Shown: piece after piece, positions 7,410 through 15,556 of the stretch
Layout: each line of letters begins with the position of its first letter
Position numbering within the stretch: position 1 is the stretch's first letter
From: Candidatus Alloscillospira sp.
GTDB taxonomy: Bacteria; Bacillota; Clostridia; Oscillospirales; Oscillospiraceae
Length of the DNA stretch: 40,061 nt
Assembly (NCBI GenBank): GCA_045600805.1
Contig: JAZRYQ010000020.1
Span: forward strand, 1-40,061
Direction of reading: 5' to 3'
Position numbers and translations under genes: made by a program
Notes under the pieces: generated by a model
Told to the model about the DNA's origin: nothing
Databases searched by the model: none
What the model saw: the letters and a program-made list of their open reading frames with translations, nothing else

Positions 7410-9297
7410 TTTGTTTTTCATCTTGCATTGCATACTTGCATATTTCCTTTTCTTCATTTTGTTTTTGTTTTTGATATTCGAGATAGACACCCAAGTCTTC
7501 ATCATCGAAAACCTCAAGATTACGAATGAACTCATCTATGATCCGGAAGTCGTTCATTTGCTTTCCGGGGTAGTCTTTGATATCGACGATTTCAATCTGA
7601 ACACCGTCATTCATCTTGACTCCGTGTTCATATTCGTTCTTTTTGTCCCCGTCTGCCGTCAAGGACAGATTCGGATGCTTGAGAATATCGTACTTGAAGT
7701 CGATAATAGGTCGCTCACCCCGGATAAAGAGAATTGCATATCGGTTATCGAGCAGACGGACTTCATCGGCAGTCATAAGCTCTCGTCCGGTGTTTTGATA
7801 GTTCGTAGAGAAGTTACCTTTTAATCCGTCGCTCCTACCGTAAGTGTTGGTGTCAATCGTCGCTTTACCGAGAAGCTCGGACACATATTTATGTGTGCTC
7901 TGCTCATTCCCACCCAAATAAACAAATTCGTCGCAGTTACCGACAATGCTTTCCCATTGCTTTTCAAAAAGTGCTTTCAACTGCGCCATGTTTTGGAGAA
8001 TAATTGAAACGCTTACGCCACGGGAACGCATAACCGAAAGAATCTTGTCAAAGTCATCCGGCAGCGAAACATTTGCGAACTCGTCCATCATAAAATGGAC
8101 GGGAACCGGCAAAGCACCGCCCCCATCGTCTGCTACCTTGAATAGCTGTTGGAACAACTGGGTGTAAAGGATGGAAACAAGAAAGTTGAACGAAGTATCG
8201 TTATCCGGGATGATTGCAAACAATGCCACTTTCTTTGTGCCGATAGTTCTGAGGTCAAGTTCATCTGCCGAACAGAGCAAGTTCAGACTTTCAAGATTGA
8301 ACTTTTCAAGTCGTGATTGGAGCGTAATTTGAATGGATTTGAGCGTCTTTGCGGCACCGCCACGGTATGCGTGGTAATACTTCAAAGCAATATGCCCGCT
8401 CGGATACTCCTCTGCCAAATCGTCAAACATTTCGTCCAGTACCGATTTTTGATTGCTGTCATCCTCGTTTACATCCCCCGCCGCCAATAGTTCCAGCACC
8501 TTGCCAAAGGTCTGTTGACTCGGATATGCCTTTGTTTTTACATAAAAAATGAGTGCCATCAGAAGCATACTTGCCGCCGTATCCCAAAACGGATCGTTTG
8601 ACTGGCTTCCCTTCGGAGTTGTCGCTTTGAACAGGTTCGTCACAAGGCGCTGAACGTCGTTATCGCTGTCAGCATACAAAAGCGGGTTGTAACACATTGA
8701 CTTATCCATGTGGATGAGGTCAAGCACCCGTACTTCATACCCTTTGGCTTCAAGAAGTCTCCCGGTATCCCGAAGAATCTCTCCTTTCGGATCAAGCGTC
8801 ACAAAACTGGTATTGCACTGCATCAGGTTTGGCTTGGCATAAAAGCGTGTTTTACCCGCGCCGGAACCGCCGACAACCAATGTGTTCATGTTTCGTCTGT
8901 GCTTGTGGGCATCGTACCCGATTTCCACATTCTGCGTGAGTATCTTGTTCATCTCGGGAGGCGACTGACGGTAATGGGTGCAAATCTTCTTGGTATCTCC
9001 CCATTCGGCAGAACCGTGTTCCTCTCTGCGGCGGTAGTTGGGCTTTGTATAATGGTAAATCAAGATAACAAACCCGTATACTACCGACAGAATCAGCACG
9101 CACGGCAAAGTCTTTTCGCACCAAGTAAAATGAAACGGGCGTGAAAACACCTCTCCGAGCTTGGGAATCATTTCGGGAAGACCGCCGCCGAGCGCCGGTG
9201 CTAAAAGCACCGACACCCATATTACTGCGATGAGTCCGAAGCCGATGGCGATCCATCTTATCTTCGTGTTATTTGCAAAATAACGGTCATCTTTCAT
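7390..9297 (-). CDS. virD4: Type IV coupling protein (VirD4/TraG/TcpA-like, 635 aa)
   Basis: Two N-terminal TM helices, Walker A VVGGSGAGKTRF, Walker B VHFMMDEFANV. Confidence 0.92.
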   Translation of the reverse strand: MKDDRYFANNTKIRWIAIGFGLIAVIWVSVLLAPALGGGLPEMIPKLGEVFSRPFHFTWCEKTLPCVLILSVVYGFVILIYHYTKPNYRRREEHGSAEWGDTKKICTHYRQSPPEMNKILTQNVEIGYDAHKHRRNMNTLVVGGSGAGKTRFYAKPNLMQCNTSFVTLDPKGEILRDTGRLLEAKGYEVRVLDLIHMDKSMCYNPLLYADSDNDVQRLVTNLFKATTPKGSQSNDPFWDTAASMLLMALIFYVKTKAYPSQQTFGKVLELLAAGDVNEDDSNQKSVLDEMFDDLAEEYPSGHIALKYYHAYRGGAAKTLKSIQITLQSRLEKFNLESLNLLCSADELDLRTIGTKKVALFAIIPDNDTSFNFLVSILYTQLFQQLFKVADDGGGALPVPVHFMMDEFANVSLPDDFDKILSVMRSRGVSVSIILQNMAQLKALFEKQWESIVGNCDEFVYLGGNEQSTHKYVSELLGKATIDTNTYGRSDGLKGNFSTNYQNTGRELMTADEVRLLDNRYAILFIRGERPIIDFKYDILKHPNLSLTADGDKKNEYEHGVKMNDGVQIEIVDIKDYPGKQMNDFRIIDEFIRNLEVFDDEDLGVYLEYQKQKQNEEKEICKYAMQDEKQNAEENA

Positions 9298-9487
9298 CCT
9301 TGCCTTTATCCTTCTGCTTCTTCGGCTCTGCGTCTAATGTCTTTTCAAGCAGAGCGTTGATGTCCTCGGTAGGTGTCTCATTTTGCAGACAACGGTTTCT
9401 TGTTTCGGCAAGTACACCGATCAGTGTTCTTCGCTCATAATCGTCTACTTCGATCTGGTACTTATTTCCCTTCTTCGTGCAAGTCAT
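9287..9487 (-). CDS. Small conserved hypothetical protein (66 aa)
   Basis: ATGA-coupled to the upstream gene and overlaps the virD4 start by 11 nt. No recognisable motif. Confidence 0.55.
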   Translation of the reverse strand: MTCTKKGNKYQIEVDDYERRTLIGVLAETRNRCLQNETPTEDINALLEKTLDAEPKKQKDKGKDER

Positions 9488-10374
9488 CGGGCATCACCGC
9501 CCCTCGCACTTTTAGATTTTGGGGAAACTTCATTCTCCTTGACGAGTGCCTTATACATACCGCTGTCAATTGCTTTCGCCGCATCGTGAATACGGGCAAG
9601 ACTCTCCCGGATATTAGCGGCATCCATAGAAGCATATTCGTCGGGGATTCGTTCGATCTTCAAAGCATCCGTCGGAACGCCGTATTTCTTGGCAAGGATA
9701 TAGGCGGCACAACGTGCTTCAAAAGCATGAGACGCAGTTGCGTAATCCTCAACTCCCCTGCTCATTTCCGCATGAGCAAGCGCCACGGTCACACTTGTAA
9801 AGATCTGTTCTTCATTCATACCGCATTTTGCGTAAATGCACTTATCGTTGGTATCATAAAGTGCGCCGTACTGACGGTTTTCGGGATAATCGGGAATCGT
9901 CTTGACTTCGACCGCCTTGTGTTTGAACAATGCCTTGACAACATCGTGCAAGGAATAAGCAGGATGGTTTTCGGGTTCTGCTCCGCTTACGTTGCTGATA
10001 TCAAACATGGACTTGCGTTCAAAGTTCGTGTATTCCTTGCCGTCCTTCATGACCTTCTTCGGTTCATAAATGTGGATGGACTTGGCACCCTTGTTGACTC
10101 TCGCTTTTTCTTTGTTCCAAAGATCCATGCCCTTGAGGCGGGTGGCATCGGGACGCTGGGCGAAAATCAGCAAATTATTGTTCGCAGAGTATCTGTCGAA
10201 GCGGCTCTGCACCGCAAGATAACTCTGAAAGTTATCCACACTGGATACCGCTTTTTTTGCCGCCTCATTCAGTTCGGCAATGCGCTGTTCGTTTCTTTCC
10301 TGCGACGACATTTTCATCGGTTTGTTTGCCGTCGCATCCTGCTTCTTCTGCAGGGCCTCATCAAAATTGCTCAT
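9484..10374 (-). CDS. ArdC-N-like (ssDNA-binding antirestriction-type) domain protein (296 aa)
   Basis: The motif SANNNLLIFAQRPDATRLKGMDLWNK...VNKGAKSIHI parallels the N-terminus of the giant ORF (SDQVLIFAQRPNATACAELEMWNK...VNRNAKGIAL), which I recognise as the ArdC N-terminal fold. The C-terminal half is unassigned. Confidence 0.6.
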   Translation of the reverse strand: MSNFDEALQKKQDATANKPMKMSSQERNEQRIAELNEAAKKAVSSVDNFQSYLAVQSRFDRYSANNNLLIFAQRPDATRLKGMDLWNKEKARVNKGAKSIHIYEPKKVMKDGKEYTNFERKSMFDISNVSGAEPENHPAYSLHDVVKALFKHKAVEVKTIPDYPENRQYGALYDTNDKCIYAKCGMNEEQIFTSVTVALAHAEMSRGVEDYATASHAFEARCAAYILAKKYGVPTDALKIERIPDEYASMDAANIRESLARIHDAAKAIDSGMYKALVKENEVSPKSKSARGGDAR

Positions 10375-10377
10375 AGA

Positions 10378-11373
10378 TCATCTATCCTCTTTCGTAGATT
10401 TTTTGGGAAGCTGTACGTCCAATCCGGCAACAGATTTTTCCTGCTTTGCCATTTCGGCTCTTGCTTCTTTTTTCTTTTTGATCACGTCCGAAATATCAAC
10501 TCTTCCGTCGGGAGTCTTGTATTCTGCGGATTTCGGCTGTGATGTCAATTCTCCCTCTTGGGGCTTTGGTTCGCTTGACGTCGGGCTCGACATGGTCGAT
10601 GACTTTTCCGTTACCGCCGTGCTGGACTTGTCCGTTTCCTTTGACGGCTTGCCCTCGTCCGTAATGGATTTTTCCGGCAACGGTTCTTCTCGCTCCTGCC
10701 GAGCCATAGTGGGGTTTTCAGTAACCGGCTTTTCTCCGTTCAGAATGGCAAGCTCGTCCATGTTCTGCTCGGCAGAAGGCGGCGTTGCACGTTCCGGCTC
10801 TTCCTTTTCATCGTCATCCCCAACGGTTGCGGTGACGATAGGCGGTTCAACTGTGTTTTCCGGATTTTCCTCCGGCTTCTCATCAACCGTCTGTTCTTCC
10901 TCTTTTTTCTCTGTGGAAGAAGGTGCAGTTTCCGGGGTTTTGTCGTCAGCGGCTTTGCTTTCCTTCTCTTTTTCCATAGAGGTACGAAGATCGGCGGTAT
11001 CATAAGTGGTAAACTTGAAGCGTTCCACGATACGTTTGATTTTGCTTTCGTCGTCGGCTCTGACAAGAACGTCAAACACACCGTCCTTATCATCCTTTTC
11101 TTTCAGCACGGTATAAAGGACACCGTACTCTTTGGCGACTTCCTTAAACTTGGGCAGGTTCTCGCTGTTAAAGGTATAAACCTTCAACGGCTTACCGGAA
11201 CGCAACATATTGCTGAGGCGTTCCTTACCTCTTGTTTTGTTCTGTTCCTTGTAAATGGAATACAAAAGAACAGCGGCATTTTTTGCTCCGCTGCCTGTCA
11301 GCTTGATCAGGACTTCCGCTCCTTCGAGCGACATCCTCATTACCTGCTCGGCAGCATCTCCTGATGCATTCAT
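10378..11373 (-). CDS. pcfB: PcfB-family (DUF3801) protein with a long disordered acidic/Ser/Thr/Pro/Lys-rich tail
   Basis: The N-terminal 125 aa (EQVMRMSLEGAEVLIKLTGSGAKNAAVLLYSIYKEQNKTRGKERL...KVYTF...FKEVAKEYGVLY) match my memory of the PcfB family. Residues from about 130 to 331 are low complexity. Confidence 0.75.
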   Translation of the reverse strand: MNASGDAAEQVMRMSLEGAEVLIKLTGSGAKNAAVLLYSIYKEQNKTRGKERLSNMLRSGKPLKVYTFNSENLPKFKEVAKEYGVLYTVLKEKDDKDGVFDVLVRADDESKIKRIVERFKFTTYDTADLRTSMEKEKESKAADDKTPETAPSSTEKKEEEQTVDEKPEENPENTVEPPIVTATVGDDDEKEEPERATPPSAEQNMDELAILNGEKPVTENPTMARQEREEPLPEKSITDEGKPSKETDKSSTAVTEKSSTMSSPTSSEPKPQEGELTSQPKSAEYKTPDGRVDISDVIKKKKEARAEMAKQEKSVAGLDVQLPKKSTKEDR

Positions 11374-11396
11374 GTTAGAAATACTCCTTTTCTTTG

Positions 11397-11416
11397 GAAA
11401 TTTGCTTGCAAATTTC
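11397..11416 (-). promoter_or_regulatory. Perfect palindromic hairpin immediately 5' of the pcfB SD
   Basis: Minus strand reads CCC-GAAATTTGC-AA-GCAAATTTC-CAAAGAAAAGGAG-N10-ATG. Related elements lie at 24470..24489 and 39200..39221. Confidence 0.6.
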
Positions 11417-11440
11417 GGGCAACCGTAAATTCAGTTGGGC

Positions 11441-12799
11441 TTATCTCATACTACCTCGGTTGCCTGTACTCTCTTTCTTAGTGATTTGTTTTTCTTTCTC
11501 CGTTGTCTTGGATTCGTATCCTCGGTCAATGGTATTGACCACATCCTCAATGGCTCCGCTTCGTGCGGCAATATCTTCGCAAAGCTTCATTTGCTTCCGG
11601 ATCACTGCCATCTGTGCCGTCAAGTCGTAAACGGTTTCCTTGACCGGTTGCATGGCATCACTGTCGTGCATCCTGCGTAACCTGTTTCGATTCTTTGCCC
11701 TCTCATAAGCCAGTGCTTTGAAACGCTCGCTCAGTTCCGCAGTGAACGCTGTCATATCCTCCGATGTTCTGATATTGTGTGCGGCAAGTAACTTTGCTTC
11801 GTCGCTGTACATTTCCATCCGGTTTACATCCTGACGCATTGCCACATACTCCACTCGATTGAACGGACGTACTTCATTCGGGAAGTGCCGAAGCAAATAG
11901 ACATAGTGGTGATACAGCCCGACAATGCCGGTTGCCTTATCCCACTTTTTCAAAGTCGGATAGTATCTCGGCTCCCTCGGTCTGTTCTTGTAATTATCTT
12001 CACACCTTTGTCGGATCTCCGCTTCGGAGTATCCCTCGCCGAGTCTGTCAAGACGGCGGAACTTGGTTCCCTCGTCCGGGCGAATACGGAGAAAGCTTCC
12101 TCGGTATTCAAGCAGATACCCTCGGTTTTGAATCTCCTCGGAAAACTCCCGGAAGCTCGTTGCATATTCCAATACCGCATCAAGATCGGCATACAGATTT
12201 TTCATAATGCCGTTCTTTTCAAGCCATTGGTTATATGGAATCGTGGTGTGACCGGGGTTCTTTATGACGGACAACCCGTAATCCTCGCAAAGGTCATCGG
12301 ACATCTCACGCATCAGATGGTAAGTCCGCTTTTGATCGTAATACCTCTTTCCATCCACGAAAGAAACGCTGTTCAGGCAAAAATGATTATGGAGCTTGCC
12401 TGTGTTTAAATGAGTTGAAACCAAAACCTGAAAGCGATCTCCCCAAAGCTCCTGTGCCAGCTTCACACCGATCTCATGTGCCTGTTCGGGTGTTACTTCA
12501 TCCTCTTTGAAGGACTGGTATCCATGAAAGCATACGATGCCTCCGGTCTTTCCCCAAGTCATTTTCGTGGAAGCGAATTGCTCCGCCGCCATCGCCGGGT
12601 TATCCGAGCAGTTGACTCCCGTCACATAAAACTGTTTCTCGGTCTTCATCGAATCGGAATCGTATTCCATCACATTGTTGACTGCGTGAAATCCTGCCGC
12701 CTTTTCGTACTCTCCGTTCCATGTTTTAACGGGATTAGCGGTATACCTGATAACCGTGTTGGCACTTCCCTTGACGGACCATATTGCCGTGACCGCCAT
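11441..12799 (-). CDS. Relaxase / mobilisation nuclease (452 aa)
   Basis: Relaxase-type N-terminus (MAVTAIWSVKGSANTVIRYTANPVKT) and metal-binding His cluster STHLNTGKLHNHFCLNS, directly downstream of a MobC gene. Confidence 0.88.
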   Translation of the reverse strand: MAVTAIWSVKGSANTVIRYTANPVKTWNGEYEKAAGFHAVNNVMEYDSDSMKTEKQFYVTGVNCSDNPAMAAEQFASTKMTWGKTGGIVCFHGYQSFKEDEVTPEQAHEIGVKLAQELWGDRFQVLVSTHLNTGKLHNHFCLNSVSFVDGKRYYDQKRTYHLMREMSDDLCEDYGLSVIKNPGHTTIPYNQWLEKNGIMKNLYADLDAVLEYATSFREFSEEIQNRGYLLEYRGSFLRIRPDEGTKFRRLDRLGEGYSEAEIRQRCEDNYKNRPREPRYYPTLKKWDKATGIVGLYHHYVYLLRHFPNEVRPFNRVEYVAMRQDVNRMEMYSDEAKLLAAHNIRTSEDMTAFTAELSERFKALAYERAKNRNRLRRMHDSDAMQPVKETVYDLTAQMAVIRKQMKLCEDIAARSGAIEDVVNTIDRGYESKTTEKEKQITKKESTGNRGSMR

Positions 12800-12802
12800 G
12801 GG

Positions 12803-13138
12803 TTAGTCCTCCTGTGAAAACGCCTTTGTGAAAACCTTCTCCAACAAATGAAGCGACTGCACGGCTTCTTTCAGCATCGGTTCATCCACAAAGCCGTGCG
12901 TGTGAATCTTGGCGGCGACTTGATTGACGTTGTTTCCGATGCGGTTAAGCTCCCGGATGATTGCACCGTATTCGGCGGGCGGCGTTTCTTTGATCGTCAT
13001 GCCGGCAATCAACTTACGAAGAACTTGTTCCCGATTCAAAGAAGTGGAAGCTACCAACAAATTGAGGTTCTGATACTCATCATCATTGAGCCAAACCTGA
13101 ATATGGTGAGGATGTGACTTGTTCAAATAGTAGGACAT
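12803..13138 (-). CDS. mobC: MobC-family relaxosome accessory protein (111 aa)
   Basis: Signature LNRIGNNVNQVAAKIH. Right size and position upstream of the relaxase. Confidence 0.85.
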   Translation of the reverse strand: MSYYLNKSHPHHIQVWLNDDEYQNLNLLVASTSLNREQVLRKLIAGMTIKETPPAEYGAIIRELNRIGNNVNQVAAKIHTHGFVDEPMLKEAVQSLHLLEKVFTKAFSQED

Positions 13139-13294
13139 AGCCGTATCAGAGGCAGCGGGGGTATTAGGGGGCGCAGTCCACTCACAAGCGAATTACGAGA
13201 AAAAAGCCGCTTTTGTAGCGGGTTTTGTATCAGTCATTCAGTGCTTGCTAAGACTTAGCGACACCTTTACCCGTTCGCCGCCTCGTTCCTCCTT
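13139..13294 (-). other. Candidate oriT region
   Basis: Largest non-coding gap in the MOB module, upstream of mobC. Minus strand has the inverted repeat AACCCGCT-ACAA-AAGCGGCTT (13224..13204, also followed by a T-run) and, 27 nt 3' of it, ACTGCGCCCCCTAA (13177..13164). That motif resembles the MOBQ-type nic core GTGCGCCCT. Confidence 0.4.
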
Positions 13295-13504
13295 TCAGCG
13301 ACTTTCCCGACTTCTTCTGCTCTTGCTCGGAACGTCCTCTGTCGCTTCAAATTCAACGCCGACAAAATTGTCGGCATCGAGAATATAGTCTTCATTATGC
13401 CAGTTATCCGATGCGATCTGCTCCGCTTCTTCACGGGAATCCGCTTCAATGTCAACGATCATTACAAGAGATTCCGTAATCTTGACCTTAAAATCCTTTG
13501 CCAT
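13295..13504 (-). CDS. DpnD/PcfM-like small protein
   Basis: MAKDFKVKITESLVMIVDIEADSREEAEQIASDNWHNEDYILDADNFVGVEFE matches my memory of the DpnD/PcfM pattern. The start is taken at the internal ATG (13504); the ORF-track start is 13540. Confidence 0.65.
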   Translation of the reverse strand: MAKDFKVKITESLVMIVDIEADSREEAEQIASDNWHNEDYILDADNFVGVEFEATEDVPSKSRRSRESR

Positions 13505-13508
13505 CGTA

Positions 13509-14030
13509 TCACTCCTCGTACATATCTGTATTGTTTTCAATCAGATTTTCAATGCGGTCGAGTAAATCGAGAACGTCACAGTAAGGATCAAAGTTTTCAA
13601 GCTTTTTACCGATGACAAATCGGTATGCCATATGTTCTTCGTCGTTGTCGGTCATCTCAATGCAACGAACAACCGCAAATGACATATCCTCAAGCAACCA
13701 AAGCTCGTTTCTGTCTTTGACGGTTGCCACCGCTTCCTCGCATTTGGTTTCCACATCGCAAAGATGCTTGCCATTGCACTTGAACAGCGCATTGTAGCGA
13801 ACAGAGAAGCCTTCATAGGGCAAAGCCGCTTCACAGGCACTTACAGGGCGGAACATCCAATACAGCACCGGATTGAAGCTTTCGTTCTCGGAAAGCTCCT
13901 TTACACGTTCCTTGACAATCTCCTTGTCAGCCGGAAGCGAGGTCCCGTCCGTGAGAAACTTTTCGAGATTGCGATAGAACTTTGCTTTCAACCGTTCTTC
14001 GTGCATCACCTTTTTCATAAGAGTTTTCAT
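13509..14030 (-). CDS. Hypothetical protein
   Basis: Long ORF with coding-like composition. Best SD (AGAAGGA, 8-nt spacer) precedes the ATG at 14030. With any in-frame ATG it overlaps the 3' end of the Toprim gene by about 80-120 nt. Confidence 0.55.
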   Translation of the reverse strand: MKTLMKKVMHEERLKAKFYRNLEKFLTDGTSLPADKEIVKERVKELSENESFNPVLYWMFRPVSACEAALPYEGFSVRYNALFKCNGKHLCDVETKCEEAVATVKDRNELWLLEDMSFAVVRCIEMTDNDEEHMAYRFVIGKKLENFDPYCDVLDLLDRIENLIENNTDMYEE

Positions 14031-14982
14031 AATCGTTTTCCTTCTCATTTTTTATATTTTGCAAATGGATGAGGTGCATAAGGTAATCGTTGTAGTCTTT
14101 TCCGTACTTCGGTGGCAAGTACTTTACTGTATAGGAATCACCGAGAGCCGTAATCATGCCGGCGGCACCTCTGCGCCCGGCGTAATCCGAATCCAAGTGA
14201 AGAAAGATGGAAGCCGTGTCCTTGTGTTCATCCAGAAAACGTCCCAGTGACGTCGGGATCTTAAAGCTCGTTTCATCCTTTCCCGGTAAATAGATACCGG
14301 ATAGCGACATCATGTTAAACTGCCTGTAATCAACGCCGCGCATTTTGAGAATCGTTGCGAACGACAACAGGTCAATCGCACTTTCAAAAACGCTGACACT
14401 CGGACACGGGGACTCTGCAAGACAGGCGAAGAAATAGCTTCGGTCGCTCCCTGCACAATCCTTTTTGTTTGTTGTTCCGTCAGTTGCCCGTTCGGAACAT
14501 TGTCTGATCTTACCTTCGCCGTTCCTCCCGAAGAACAAAGCCGAACCGGTTTCATCCGATTCGGCTATCTGTCCACCCGCTATGAAGTCATCGAGAATAT
14601 CTTTGTCTATGCCCCGTCCGAGGAGATATGCCCGTACTTTTTTACATTCATAATTGAACGGCGGAAGGTAAAGCTGTTTCTTTTTTGGCGCAGTGCTATG
14701 GTCGGCAGAAAAAACAAGAGCCGTCTGATTGATTACAGCTTCTACTGCCGGAATGAAGTCCATTCCCTGTACCTTGATAAGATAATCGAGAGCAGAAGCT
14801 CCGCCGACTCCGTGGCTCCACCAGTACCATTTGCCGTGCGAAATCTTCAAGCTGTCGTGTTCCCTTGTGCAATACTCATCCGCACCGCACTTTACAAGCT
14901 CATCGGGCGAGGTAGATCGAAGATATGAAAGTAAGTCCACATCACGCGCCCGTTCCACCGTTTCGTGTGTGACATAGTGCAT
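13927..14982 (-). CDS. DUF3991 + Toprim domain protein (conjugative primase-like, 351 aa)
   Basis: N-terminal VERARDVDLLSYL...HDSLKISHGKWYWWSHGVGGASALDYLIKVQGMDF. Toprim Glu (VFESAIDLLSF) and DxD (LHLDSDYAGR). Confidence 0.8.
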   Translation of the reverse strand: MHYVTHETVERARDVDLLSYLRSTSPDELVKCGADEYCTREHDSLKISHGKWYWWSHGVGGASALDYLIKVQGMDFIPAVEAVINQTALVFSADHSTAPKKKQLYLPPFNYECKKVRAYLLGRGIDKDILDDFIAGGQIAESDETGSALFFGRNGEGKIRQCSERATDGTTNKKDCAGSDRSYFFACLAESPCPSVSVFESAIDLLSFATILKMRGVDYRQFNMMSLSGIYLPGKDETSFKIPTSLGRFLDEHKDTASIFLHLDSDYAGRRGAAGMITALGDSYTVKYLPPKYGKDYNDYLMHLIHLQNIKNEKENDYENSYEKGDARRTVESKVLSQSRKVSHGRDLASG

Positions 14983-14988
14983 AGGTCT

Positions 14989-15348
14989 TTACCTCTCCGA
15001 CCTGTTCTTCTTTTGCTGAACAATAAACTCACACCGGAGCATTTCATTCGCTTTTTCTCTTACAACGTCGAGAATACGATCCACATAACAAGAATCCGTA
15101 TGCTCCCATCGGTCATAGATTTCATCAAGCGGATGTTCATACTTGAGCAGGGCTTCGGCTTGCTTTTCCGGAATGTCATTGCATTCCAAAGCAAATACAA
15201 TATCTTGCTTTATGACATACTCGTATGCGCTCTTGAGAATTTCTTCGCCGGAATGCGTGAGCAGTTCGTCTTCATACATTTGCAGTTCTTCGAGCAACCG
15301 GAAGTATAACTGCACATTCATTGACTTGGATTCATCTTCCATCGTCAT
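14989..15348 (-). CDS. Hypothetical protein, DUF3848-like (119 aa)
   Basis: Coupled to the upstream small gene. The EEILKSAYEYVIKQDIVFALE...EKQAEALLK...PLDEIY pattern resembles DUF3848 from memory. Confidence 0.5.
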   Translation of the reverse strand: MTMEDESKSMNVQLYFRLLEELQMYEDELLTHSGEEILKSAYEYVIKQDIVFALECNDIPEKQAEALLKYEHPLDEIYDRWEHTDSCYVDRILDVVREKANEMLRCEFIVQQKKNRSER

Positions 15349-15538
15349 CCCTGCCCTTCTCTCTCGAAAGCAGTTCCGCAGAGGAATCTGTCACTTCAAG
15401 GTCGCCCCAAATGACATTCCCCTCACTGATTTTATCCTCTGCCATCGCTTCGGCTTCCTCTTTGGAGTCTGCTTCAACCTCAAAGTATCCGTATTCAAGG
15501 ACACTGATACGGACACCGTATTTCTTTTTGTTACTCAT
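15332..15538 (-). CDS. Second DpnD/PcfM-like small protein (68 aa)
   Basis: YFEVEADSKEEAEAMAEDKISEGNVIWGDLEV parallels VDIEADSREEAEQIASDNWHNEDYILDADNFVGVEF of the 13295..13504 product. Confidence 0.55.
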   Translation of the reverse strand: MSNKKKYGVRISVLEYGYFEVEADSKEEAEAMAEDKISEGNVIWGDLEVTDSSAELLSREKGRDDDGR

Positions 15539-15556
15539 CGTTCTTCCTTTCAGGGA

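Noticed and set aside
7425-7470. Triple TTGCAT/ATGCAA repeat considered as a regulatory iteron
   Set aside because: It lies within the C-terminal coding region of virD4 and the Lys/Met-rich start region of the Maff2-like gene. It is short, and codon repetition (MQ, KM) explains it.
9373-10542. 389-aa plus-strand ORF
   Set aside because: It lies antisense to the well-supported ArdC-like and PcfB genes and has no SD context. Its composition is Phe/Arg/Leu/Cys-rich and implausible, typical of a shadow frame opposite a real gene.
10280-11005. 241-aa Ser-rich plus-strand ORF. The same applies to the Ala/Ile/Thr-rich plus-strand ORFs at 1725..2063 and 15321..15812.
   Set aside because: They are mirror images of low-complexity Lys/Glu/Ala-rich coding segments on the minus strand, where stop codons are rare on the opposite strand for compositional reasons.
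13151-13176. GCGGGGGTATTAGGGGGCG mirror-like G-run pair considered as a G-quadruplex or iteron
   Set aside because: There are only two G5 runs, which is too few for an intramolecular G4, and no further repeats. It is more economically interpreted as part of the nic-like core on the opposite strand.
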